Source: a virus
Taxonomy: Duplodnaviria; Caudoviricetes
Direction: 5' to 3' (one strand)
Length of the DNA: 64,000 nt
IMG/VR virus record: IMGVR_UViG_2840842423_000001
Location: 64,001-128,000 of that record
Below, one piece after another: positions 22,441 to 32,844 of the stretch (positions are counted from its first letter, which is position 1; each line of letters begins with the position of its first letter). Under the pieces are notes generated by a model. It ran no database searches. It was not told the DNA's origin and saw nothing but the letters and a program-made list of their open reading frames with translations. Made by a program: the position numbers and the translations under genes.

Positions 22441-23409
22441 ATGGAATTGTACAATCAAAGCACTAAGATGGAGTATTTAGACACACTAGCCAGCCCAGAC
22501 GTACAAACATTACTAAGATCGGTTTTTGAGAAATCTAAGAATACAGAGATTCTTTATGACAAAGATTTACATTCATTTAGCTTGGGTCAAATTGAAGAAG
22601 TAATAAGAAACATCAATCCTGCAACATTAAACAGCGTCTCTAACACTAAGAGTAGAATTAACACTTATCTAATATGGGCAATTAACAATGGAAGAAGAGA
22701 GAACAACATTAATCCATTAGCAGGAACGACTAAAGAATGGGAAAGAAAATTTATAGATAATGTTTCACAAAGATATTTATCAGAAACAGACATGTTTGAT
22801 CTTACAGAAATGTTATTAAATGCTCAAGATCAAGCCTTGATTCAATGTATATTTGAAGGAATATCTGGACAAGCAATGTCAGAATTAATCTCTATGAACT
22901 ATCACAGAATTAATTGGAATGACAATGAAGTCACTGTTAAAGATGTTAAAACCAATAACTTCAGAACAGTCAAAGTAAGTAATAGATGTATAAAATTTAT
23001 TGAGAATGCATATAGACAACAGGTATTTACCGCAGAAGATACAGAAAATGAAAAGCAATTAGCTGAATTTGAAGGGTCAGTTTTTAAAAACACGGTATGG
23101 AAAAACACAAGAAATCATAAGGTTAGCAGAGGAAACTTAGCGAAAAGATTGTATATAATAAAAGATAAATATGAAATGGATTCTTTAACTGTAAATACAA
23201 TCAGTGAATCTGGAAGAATTAAAATGGCTGCCGATTTATATAGAGAACGAGGAAAACTTGGCAAACAAGAGTTTACTGAAATAGGAGACAGATTTAACAT
23301 TAATAAAATGACTGTAAATGGTTACTCTTATTACGATACAGCAAAAATGAAAAATTATATTGATAGTGAAAATTTAAAAGAGATGTATAATTTAGATGTA
23401 GAGTTTTAA
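22441..23409 (+). CDS. yopR: Integrase-fold master repressor, SPbeta YopR (MrpR/SroF)-like
   Basis: LLNAQDQALIQCIFEGISG..SELI integrase-like box lacking the catalytic Arg; 322 aa; synteny. Confidence 0.75.
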   Translation: MELYNQSTKMEYLDTLASPDVQTLLRSVFEKSKNTEILYDKDLHSFSLGQIEEVIRNINPATLNSVSNTKSRINTYLIWAINNGRRENNINPLAGTTKEWERKFIDNVSQRYLSETDMFDLTEMLLNAQDQALIQCIFEGISGQAMSELISMNYHRINWNDNEVTVKDVKTNNFRTVKVSNRCIKFIENAYRQQVFTAEDTENEKQLAEFEGSVFKNTVWKNTRNHKVSRGNLAKRLYIIKDKYEMDSLTVNTISESGRIKMAADLYRERGKLGKQEFTEIGDRFNINKMTVNGYSYYDTAKMKNYIDSENLKEMYNLDVEF

Positions 23410-23431
23410 TCCCAAATTATTTTTTTGGGAT
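23409..23431 (+). terminator. Hairpin after the yopR-like gene
   Basis: ATCCCAAA-ttatttt-TTTGGGAT. Confidence 0.5.
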
Positions 23432-23572
23432 ACATAAAAAACAAAAAATAATATATTGATTGAGGAATACGAGTATATAAAGTGAAAGCATGTTATATAT
23501 TGGTGTGGCTTAATCAATGTGACAAAAAGTGCTAACTTTGTAATATAGCTGTATTAATTGTCACAAAAGGTA

Positions 23573-23622
23573 TTGCCAAAGTTACCAAAAAATAGTATAC
23601 TATTTCTACAAACATTTGTTCT
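23573..23622 (+). promoter_or_regulatory. sigmaA promoter followed by a LexA/DinR (Cheo)-like box
   Basis: TTGCCA-17-TATACT then CAAACATTTGTTCT (reverse strand AGAAC-AAAT-GTTTG, one mismatch to GAAC-N4-GTTC). Confidence 0.55.
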
Positions 23623-23667
23623 ATAATTTGTTCGTACCAATAAAAAAGTAGAGGAGATTATTACATC

Positions 23668-23862
23668 ATGGGGACTAAAAATCGATATTATGGGGAATTG
23701 GTTTTAGGTGTTGTAGCAAAGTCAAAACTGGAACTTGAAGAATTTCAAAACGCATTTGATGAGGATGGGCTTAGAGCAGAATTGGTTTTGCAGTTGTTAG
23801 ATGGTACGAAGAGTGTTTCAGAGGTTTTGGAAATATATTCTACAAAGTGGGAATCATTCTGA
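23668..23862 (+). CDS. Small hypothetical protein, possibly SOS-regulated
   Basis: GAGGAG RBS; downstream of the LexA-like box. Confidence 0.65.
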   Translation: MGTKNRYYGELVLGVVAKSKLELEEFQNAFDEDGLRAELVLQLLDGTKSVSEVLEIYSTKWESF

Positions 23863-23906
23863 TATAGTACAAAGGTAGAGAATGAATTAATATGTTATAT
23901 AATTAA

Positions 23907-23985
23907 TGTCATCAAAGTATACATAACTCACAGTAAAATGTACTTTGCATCGGACGTAATAAAAACGCAGATCACTTTGATGACA
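23907..23985 (+). ncRNA. Candidate structured small RNA
   Basis: 12-bp perfect terminal stem TGTCATCAAAGT/ACTTTGATGACA, TATAAT at 23898, no ORF. Confidence 0.3.
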
Positions 23986-24164
23986 ATACTTTTAGGGAAA
24001 GATTGACTTTTAGGATATAAAGTTATATAATTTAATTAACGGATAATAAATATTATATAATGATATGTAAGTTAAGAGAATAATTAGGTGTGTCACACAG
24101 TTACTTATGGGAGTACAGTAAGTGGTAGAGATAATTGAGAATGAATTTGAGGAGGAAGGATAGT

Positions 24165-27100
24165 AATGAATAATGATTTAGAGCATCCAGACATAACTAA
24201 AATACGTAAAGATGGATATTTACATATGGAGAGACAAACAGATAATACAGTTGAGGAAAATGAAGAAGACGAGTGAAAGGAATATGGATATGAAATTGGA
24301 TATATTAGAGGATGATGAGTTGTTTAGACTTGCTGCACATCAAGGTGGATATAACGAATATATAGATAAAGAATGGAAGAGCAGATACAGATTAAGTTTT
24401 CCGTATCAATTAGTGGCAGATGAACAAAAGGTATATAATGCTTTATTGGATCAGAAGATTGATTACGTTGACTGTGATATAAAAATTGTGGAGCAATCTA
24501 AAATAATAAAAGGAGTGTGCTAAAATGAATATTGAATTGATTAATTATCTTGAGCAACGCATAGAACAGTCTAACAATCTTAAATTTAGCAAGGAAACAC
24601 ATAAGGCAGACCAGTTGTTTTTCAATGGTCAAGAACAGGCATTTAAAGAGATTGTAGACTATCTACAAGGAAAATACTTCATTAATGTCGAAGGAAAAAC
24701 AGATACATTCTAATTATGATACGGTATAAATTATTAATTTATTGGGAGGAATTAAAATGAAAATAAGTAGGCGAGACGTTTTTAAGATGTTAGACAGAGA
24801 TTGTGTCGATTCGCAATCGGCTGAATTAATCAAAGAATACATTAACAGAATTCTAAAACAAGTACCAAATAGCAATGTAAAATAAAGCTGTTACTTGAAG
24901 GAGAAGTGAAGATGAAGATAAAAACATTTGACAATGGATTAGTTGTTAAGCATCGTAAATCTGCAATTATATTTGAAAATGCAAATGGCAAAAAAGAAAA
25001 AGAAGAACATTTTTCTTATCACTTTTCAGATGAAGATTTTAAAAGGTTTATGGAGTATATTAAAGAAGCTGCCAATGAATCATGGGCTAATATAACACCT
25101 AAAGAAGCAAATAGCATGGGAACTGATTATGATGAATACTATGACCGTAGATATGATGATAATGGGTATTTAACTATCGGAGACTATGGCATCAAAATAA
25201 GAGCACCATATTGGTCGACTGATACTTTATACCAGTTCAATAAGCCTAAAATACAATCATTTATTTACGACTTACAAAAGGCTAATTAAAACTATTGATT
25301 TATTCAGATAGGAGGTAGGGGAATGGAGTTATTAAAGTGTGCAAAATGCGATACTGAATTGTCAGACAAGATGGAGATAGAATATAGTCGTTGGGTCACA
25401 GAATACTTTTGCAATCCAGACTGTGCTATGTCGTATTACTTTGAATATATGGGCAGTGTTCCGTTTGATGTACACGACTTACCAGAAAGCCTTAAACATA
25501 ATAAGGTGAAAGCCGTCAATGGAAAACTATATGATATCAGTTAAAACAATTATTTTATTGAGAGAAGGAGCTGAAAGATGATGAGCGAATTAAAACTAAA
25601 AACATCTATGGAAGTTGAGATTGATAAAGAAGTTCCAAATAACGAAATTCATGTGTATGACAAAAATGGAGAATTTGTTGGTAAAATTAAAAACATTAGA
25701 GAAGAAAATTCTAAATGAAAACTATAATTTAAGGAGATGAACAAATGATAAGAAAAGAGAAATCATGCGTATATTTTCTGATTAAAAATGGTACAGAAAT
25801 CAACACAGAAGTAATACATCTAAATGATGCTTCGGAATCAGATGTTATATTGAAAGCCAAAATGAAACTAACTGTAGAACTAGGAATAAATATTGACTTC
25901 ATAGCAGATAAAGTTGGCAGAAACAAAGTACACGATGGTGATTGGACGTTTGTTGATTTTGTGGAATATATAGATTAAATATTATAATATGCTGAGGTGA
26001 AAAATGATAAACCATAAATTAATCGAACAGGATATATTGGAAGGTGGCTATCCTGAGAACATTAAAGATCAAGTTGTTTCTTTAGTTAAACGGATTGAAG
26101 AATTAGAAGGAGAAAATAGATATCTGAAAAATAATAGTGATAATAGCATTGAATTTGAAACTTATAGAAAGTGTGTAAGAGGAGACATTTAACAAATCTA
26201 AACTATATATGGGAGTGATATTATGACAAACTGCAAGATATGTGGCAATCATATGGGTATGTATTTTCAATATGCAGGTAGAGTTATAGATGTTGATTGT
26301 GAGCGTTTCGGAATATATTGTAGACGGTGTGCAATGGTTGATACAGAAAAATTACAGAGCAAGCGCTTTGTTGAGTATTATAAGGATAATGCAATTTATA
26401 TGAAAGAAGGAAATTATTATCCATATTGGGAGTGTCCATATCATTTTAAAAATATTGAAGATGTAAGAGCAAGAATAGATGATTCACATGCAGCCATCGT
26501 TGATATGGAAAACCTTAAATTTGTAAACAGTTTGAAATAAATTCCAATACTTACTTAAAAGGAGAGACATGTGATGGAAGTAACATTAGAACAATTAACA
26601 ACAATTAATCCAAAGGACTTAAAAGCACCTTATTATAGAATGATGCTTAAATCAGCAATTAAACACGTAGAAGAACAAGGTGGCAAAGCATGAGTACATC
26701 CTCATGTACTGGCTGACTTTGGTATTAAATCCAATTAAATCTAAATTTATTAAGGAGGAGCTAAAATGAAAAAAGAGGTTTCTGGAAAAGCTTATACAAC
26801 TGTAATTATGGAAATTGAAATAGACGATAGTGAGTTAGAGGGTTTAGCTCAAGAGGAAATTAATGAACTGTTTGTTGAGAAAGCCTATGATAGCTTTGGT
26901 GGCATTGACAGCTTTCTTGGAAATGGAGGAGCAGATAAGCTGATAGGTGTTACTGGCATCAATGAAAGTATCTATGGTGATGGTGAAGTGGATTTTGATG
27001 AAGTAGAGAATGTTGAAGATTGAATAAAAGAATACTTTCATTGTAATTTAACAGCGACTTGGAAATATCACGGTGATTTTAGATCAAATAGAGATTTTAA

Positions 27101-30100
27101 ATAAATATTAGGAGATGAATTAAATGGGATTAGATGTAAGTCACGATGCTTTTAATGGCGCATATTCTGCATTCAATCGTTTTAGATGGTTCGTATTAAA
27201 ATCAATTGGAGGTAGTTATCCACCACATGGAAACAAAGAACTAAATGAGGGTTATTGGTATTTCGGAGATGGGTACTCTCCAGAAACACACAAAGGATTA
27301 ACGGAATTTTTAAAACATTCAGACTGTGATGGAGAAATTAGTCCAGAAATGTGTAAGATTGTTGCTGATGAATTGGAAGAGATTATGCCACAGATCGAGA
27401 AGTTAGCAGAAACAGAAGAGTCTTATGGACATATTAAAGGAAATGGTGGATATGTAGAAGTTACTAAGAGATTTATAGAAGGATGTAGACTGGCACATGA
27501 AAGAAATGAGCCTTTAGAATTTCTTTAAAACATGCATTATAACGAGAAAAGGAGAAGTGAAGAATAATGAATGAGACTAAATATCAATATTTACTATTTG
27601 CATTTGACAGTCACGAAGCAGGCGGTGGCATGGAAGATTTAATTTTTTAAATTCAATACACTAAAAGATATTATAAGTTTTGAATATCAAAATTTATATC
27701 ATTATCAATTAGTTAGTACAAGGGATTTTTCTTTTAAAGAATTTACGACTAATATTATTTATCGTGTAGGCGATGACGATTTTGAGGAAATTATCGGACG
27801 AAGACGAGTGGAATTTATTAATTGGCTGACTAGAGAATTAGTCTAAATAAAATCCACATTTTAAATGAACAATAGGAGGAGCTTAAATGACTAGATTTTA
27901 TGTTGAGCACAACAATAGTACAGATATGTATGAAATATTTGATGGATTTAGGGATAAGCCCATTGAGGATAACAGTGATGAAAAATATATCAGCAACAAA
28001 TGTGGTCGGTTAAATCAGGATGTTGAACAAGGTGTCATAACTGAAAATAACAACCCTGAATATTCACATGATTGGTAACACAATTAAAGCAGTCTCACAC
28101 TAAAAGGAGATGGAGAAATGTCATTATCAATAGCAATATTAGTATGGTTGATTATTGGGTTTATTGTGGGGCTATATTCAGTTAAAGACTTTGATGAACA
28201 GGATCATAGAGAATATTGGGAGTCATCTGGTCTAGGTAAAATGACTGGATATCCCAAAAAACCTAAAATGTTTGATATAGTCATCTACACCTCACTAGGG
28301 TTATACGGTCTATTCGTTGTAATTAAAAATCGATTGAAATAACAGACTTATTAAAAGGAGAATGAAAAAATGGACAGAAAATTATTTAATATAGTGCAAG
28401 GGTATAATGGTTTAGCAAATGACATTTATTTTAAGTTGATAGACGAATTAAAAATTGATATGGATGTAGCTGAAGAGTTGACACAAAAGGTGTACGACTA
28501 TAGTGACAAGGTACTTAAAACTGGCAACTATGTTGATCGAGACATGTTTGTAGATAAGTGGACTCATTTAAATAAGAAATATAATGAGTTGGAAAAATAT
28601 CATAAGTTTCATGTTATTTACGAATACGATAACGGATTAATTTTGGGTGAGACAACATCTGGGCTAGGTTATCTAATTCCAAAAGATCACTTGGAAAAAT
28701 ATTAATAAGTTGAATGTTTAGTTCAAAATAGTGAGGTGATGACAAATGTACGAACCATATTTTTTAGAATATCGAAGAGATGGAAGATTAGAACTCTATG
28801 AAACCGATGGAACTTTTTACAACCATGATTCACAAGATTTGCTAATTGCTACACTGTATGACGATGAAGAAGCAGAGAGATTGTGTAGGATTCTAAATGA
28901 TATTTACTATGGAAAGATTCAATTAAAATAATCATTTTAAAAGGATGGAAGATATGAGTGAATCTCAAGGTCTGTATAAGATGTATTTAAGAGGGTTGGT
29001 AACATTCGAACAATTGACAGGCTTTATTCATGACAAATTAATAACCGAAACGTTCGAAAGTTTGGGTGTTAGTTCTGAACACTTTAAATAAAAGAGCGAA
29101 TTTATATAAAAGGGGGGTATGTTAATTGGAAATTAAATTTAAAAATGGCAGTCTCATAAATACACTAGAATCAGAAAACATAATCAGAGGTAGTCAGAGT
29201 AAAAATATTGAGTGGGTCAAAAGTGATAAGCCAATGAGTGAGTACTTTATTAAGTATATTCTTAATGGTGAAAAATTCGATTTTAATGATTTTAGAACAA
29301 AAGAAGAATTTAACAACTATGAAAAAGAATTGAATGAGTTTTTACAATCATATTTCATAATTGACAATGAAGGTATTTAAGCAAATGAGGTGTTACTTAT
29401 GGAGACTGCTTCTGTTCTGACCAACTTAGAACGAAAAATAATAACTATTATTCAACACCATAATAAAAGAGGTCGATCCACATCATTAAGGGAATTAAAA
29501 ATGCGGTTGAGTCATGAAGAATCTAAGATTCAAAGTACAATCGAGGATCTAATCAAAAGAGAGTGGATCAAGATTCATGAAAATGAGTGGACAGTAGTTA
29601 AGAAGTTATTTTAAATTACTTTATAATTGTGGATGCCTTTACAACGAATAACAGGAGGATGAAAAATGACTTATATGAACATGAGCGACTTTGATATAGA
29701 AGTACTAGAAGTTAGACGTAAGGCAAAAGAACACTTTAATAATATGAGCAGCGAAGAATTTAGGGAGTTTATGGGTGATATGTTAATAGACAAAGAAGAT
29801 GATAACAGAGTGTTAGTTGGTAAGAATTATGAGGAGATTTTAGAAATAATAAACGAACAAGTGTATTCCGCTGATATATCTAAGTTGGCAGATATTGCGA
29901 GAGAGTTGTTGGACTGTTCTTGGTATGCTGATCATACACGATAAAAGGCTCGTTTTATTTTATTTTATAGTTGACAGAAAATGCGAAGGAGTGATTTTTT
30001 TAAATGAGAGAGATTAAATTTAGAGCTTGGATAGAAAAAGATAAAAAAATGGTTGATTTGTCTAGTTTAGAGTTTGATCGTTGCGGATTCCCCGAAGCAG

Positions 30101-30633
30101 AAGGAGACCAAATTTTATTCGAAGTGGGTTACAGAAAAAGAAAAAGTGATTGGGTCTATAAAACTGCCAGAAACATTGTTGTCATGCAATACACAGGTTT
30201 GAAAGATCGCTATAACACTGAAATTTACGAAGGTGACTATGTAATCGGTATTAATCGAATTACCGAAGCAGAAATAGAGCACGAGGTAACATTTTTAAAT
30301 GGTTGCTTTATGTTCGGCAACTGGAACGCTCATGAATACTTCAATAAACATGCAGAAATATTTATTTCGGGGAACAAATTTGAAAATAAGTAATTCGCAT
30401 TCCGATTATGTTGCGAACCAGTAGATAAAAAAATGAGGTGATTAAAAGTGAATAACATCATAAATCAATATGCATATAAGAAAGCAGGGCATTTATCCAA
30501 TTTAATTGGTAAAGTTGAGATCAGTGAAAGCATCATGTATACATATCAGCTAAAGTTTCACTCTGGAACAGTTACAGGATTTGATCATGTTGATGATATT
30601 GTGGTTGTGGAGTTTGGTGACACTGGAGAATGA
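24165..30633 (+). CDS. Second array of ~25 small hypothetical genes (e.g. 24290-24523, 24525-24713, 24906-25289, 25323-25544, 25745-25978, 26004-26192, 26223-26540, 26766-27023, 27887-28078, 28118-28342, 28370-28705, 28746-28931, 29126-29380, 29666-29944, 30448-30633)
   Basis: Co-oriented ORFs with individual RBS behind the promoter TTGACT(24003)-17-TATAAT; junctions carry family A sites. Confidence 0.72.
27124..27528 (+). CDS. Conserved phage protein with MGLD...YSAFNRFR and HSDCDG motifs
   Basis: Motifs recognised from a widespread phage hypothetical family; function unknown. Confidence 0.65.
   Translation: MGLDVSHDAFNGAYSAFNRFRWFVLKSIGGSYPPHGNKELNEGYWYFGDGYSPETHKGLTEFLKHSDCDGEISPEMCKIVADELEEIMPQIEKLAETEESYGHIKGNGGYVEVTKRFIEGCRLAHERNEPLEFL
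27567..27846 (+). pseudogene. Small gene frameshifted in a T6 run (or sequencing error)
   Basis: MNETKYQYLLFAFDSHEAGGGMEDLIF continues as KFNTLKD...ELV if one T at 27643-27648 is removed. Confidence 0.55.
29390..29614 (+). CDS. Winged-helix DNA-binding protein (LexA/MarR-like N-domain)
   Basis: LTNLERKIITII...TSLRELKMRL...IEDLIKREWI pattern. Confidence 0.65.
   Translation: MLLMETASVLTNLERKIITIIQHHNKRGRSTSLRELKMRLSHEESKIQSTIEDLIKREWIKIHENEWTVVKKLF
30004..30393 (+). CDS. yopX: YopX family protein
   Basis: MREIKFRAW...MQYTGLKD...EIYEGD...GNKFEN signature. Confidence 0.9.
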   Translation: MREIKFRAWIEKDKKMVDLSSLEFDRCGFPEAEGDQILFEVGYRKRKSDWVYKTARNIVVMQYTGLKDRYNTEIYEGDYVIGINRITEAEIEHEVTFLNGCFMFGNWNAHEYFNKHAEIFISGNKFENK

Positions 30634-30648
30634 GCACAAATTATATCA

Positions 30649-30677
30649 TTGACATTTATCATCAAACGATGTAATAT
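30649..30677 (+). promoter_or_regulatory. sigmaA promoter of the tRNA
   Basis: TTGACA-17-TAATAT about 20 nt upstream of the tRNA. Confidence 0.5.
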
Positions 30678-30697
30678 GTACAAGTGTTAGCAACAAT

Positions 30698-30771
30698 GTA
30701 CCCTTAGCTTAGTTGGTCAGAGCCATCGGCTCATAACCGATAGGTCGTAGGTTCGAATCCTACAGGGTACA
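30698..30771 (+). tRNA. tRNA with CAT anticodon, most likely tRNA-Ile2(CAU, lysidine); CCA not encoded
   Basis: Acceptor stem GTACCCT/AGGGTAC, D-arm, anticodon stem ATCGG/CCGAT with loop CTCATAA, T-arm GTAGG-TTCGAAT-CCTAC; closely resembles Bacillus tRNA-Ile2. Confidence 0.9.
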
Positions 30772-30823
30772 CTTTAAATTTTTTACAATGGGTAAATAGT
30801 GCTATACTATATAATAAGGAGAT

Positions 30824-32752
30824 GTGAATATGCGGAGCAAATTACAGTTATTGATTGAACAATTGAATCACGCCAATCATGAGTATTACAATTTGAATGA
30901 ACCTGTTCTTTCAGATAAAGAGTATGATAAGTTGTATGACGAGTTGTTACAACTAGAAAAAGAATCCAATATTTTATATTCCAATTCACCTAGTCAAAAT
31001 GTAGGCTATGAAGTTAAATCAGAACTAACAAAAGTCAAACATGAAATTCCGTTATTGTCACTTGACAAAACAAAATCATTGGATGAGTTAGAAGAGTTTA
31101 TTGGTGATAAAGAGTGTATTTTAAGTATAAAATTAGATGGTTTAGCTACTAAAATATCTTATCAAAATGGACAGTTGCGGCAAGGTTCAACGAGAGGTTC
31201 TGGAACAATAGGGGAAGATATTTCACATAATGTTAAAGTGTTTAAGAATGTACCACTGAATAGCGATGTGGATGTTACTGTTGTAGGCGAATCAATTATA
31301 ACTGACAATGACTTTAATATTATAAATGAACAATTCAATGAGGAAGATAAGTATAGTAATTCGCGTAATCTTGTAAGTGGATCTGTTCGACAGTTGAATA
31401 GTGAAATTTGTAAAGATAGACATGTGAAATTTATTGCTTATGGGATTCAAAGCAGTGATTTTAATTTCAAAAAGAGCGAGTTGGAGAGCCTAAGTAGACA
31501 AGGATTTGATGTTGTTCCATATAAATATGTCAGCAGTGAAAACTTTAGAGAAGCAGTTGTAGAATTACAATCCATTGCTAAAGAATTAGGATATCCAACA
31601 GATGGTTTGGTATGCACATACGATAATATTCAGTTTAGCAATTCATTAGGAAGTACATCAAAGTTTCCAAGGCATTCAATTGCTTTAAAGCATGATGATG
31701 AGGTACATGAGACGACTTTCAGAGGATTGGAATTGAACACAACAAGAACAGGAATTGTTTCATTGGTAGGTTTGTTTGATCCTGTGAATATCGATGGAGC
31801 TATGGTCAGTAAAGCTTCATTACACAACGTAGATATATTTGAATCATTGCAACTAGGCATAGGTGACACAATCACTGTAAGACGTGCTAATATGGTTATT
31901 CCTCAGATTATGGACAATCTAACAAGAAGCAACACTTTTAAGATACCACAGACTTGTAATGAATGTGGTTCACAGGTAGAAGTTAGAACACAAAAAGAAG
32001 CAAGATTTCTACATTGCCCTAATAGCAATTGTAAAGCACAACTAATGCAAAGAGTCGTTCATTATGCAAGTAGAGATGCTATGAACATTGTCGGACTATC
32101 TGAAGCAACAGTAAAGAGATTCATTGAACAGGGATATATCAAGAGTGTTAGTGACTTATATGATATAGACAAGTTTAAAGATGGAATCACACAGCTAGAA
32201 GGATTTGGTAAGAAGTCATACGACAGATTGTTTAATTCAATTGAATCTACTAAACATGTTAATTTTGCTAATTTCATATATGGATTGGGAATACCGAACA
32301 CAGGTAGAACAGCATCAAAGATACTGGCAGAAGTTTACAATAGCGAAACATTCTTATCTGCAACAAAAGAAGATATTCTTAGACTTGATGGAATTGGAAA
32401 TGTTCTAGCAAGTCATATATATAACTGGATCACTAATCAGAAAAATATTGATCTGTATAATGAGTTATTGAGTAAAGGAATCACATTTGAAGAGACAACT
32501 GAATCAGAAGAAAGTTCAATTGCTGGATTGACATTTGTAGTCACAGGAAAAGTAAATCGTTTCAAAAATCGAAAAGAGTTGAGTGCAGATATTGAACAAA
32601 ATAGAGCAACTGTAAAAGGAAGTATCAGTAAAAATACAGATTATTTGATCAACAACGACAAAGAATCAAGTAGCTCTAAGAATGTAGCAGCTAAGAAACT
32701 AGGTGTGCCAATCATCTCAGAAGAAGAATATTTAAATTTAATAAATAAATAA
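30824..32752 (+). CDS. ligA: NAD-dependent DNA ligase
   Basis: YY..SD.EYD, HEIPLLSLDK, KLDG adenylation motif, TRG.G.IGEDIS, zinc finger, HhH repeats, C-terminal BRCT. Confidence 0.95.
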   Translation: MNMRSKLQLLIEQLNHANHEYYNLNEPVLSDKEYDKLYDELLQLEKESNILYSNSPSQNVGYEVKSELTKVKHEIPLLSLDKTKSLDELEEFIGDKECILSIKLDGLATKISYQNGQLRQGSTRGSGTIGEDISHNVKVFKNVPLNSDVDVTVVGESIITDNDFNIINEQFNEEDKYSNSRNLVSGSVRQLNSEICKDRHVKFIAYGIQSSDFNFKKSELESLSRQGFDVVPYKYVSSENFREAVVELQSIAKELGYPTDGLVCTYDNIQFSNSLGSTSKFPRHSIALKHDDEVHETTFRGLELNTTRTGIVSLVGLFDPVNIDGAMVSKASLHNVDIFESLQLGIGDTITVRRANMVIPQIMDNLTRSNTFKIPQTCNECGSQVEVRTQKEARFLHCPNSNCKAQLMQRVVHYASRDAMNIVGLSEATVKRFIEQGYIKSVSDLYDIDKFKDGITQLEGFGKKSYDRLFNSIESTKHVNFANFIYGLGIPNTGRTASKILAEVYNSETFLSATKEDILRLDGIGNVLASHIYNWITNQKNIDLYNELLSKGITFEETTESEESSIAGLTFVVTGKVNRFKNRKELSADIEQNRATVKGSISKNTDYLINNDKESSSSKNVAAKKLGVPIISEEEYLNLINK

Positions 32753-32844
32753 TACTATATCCCTTGTAATATAATATCTGTTGTGCTATAATGAACTTAG
32801 ATAAGAAAAGCAGACAATACTATATTACAAGGGAGTTTTTATTT

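Noticed and set aside
30698-30771. tRNA as prophage attachment site or boundary
   Set aside because: Phage-type genes and the same promoter boxes continue on both sides; no duplicated tRNA 3' end seen in the window
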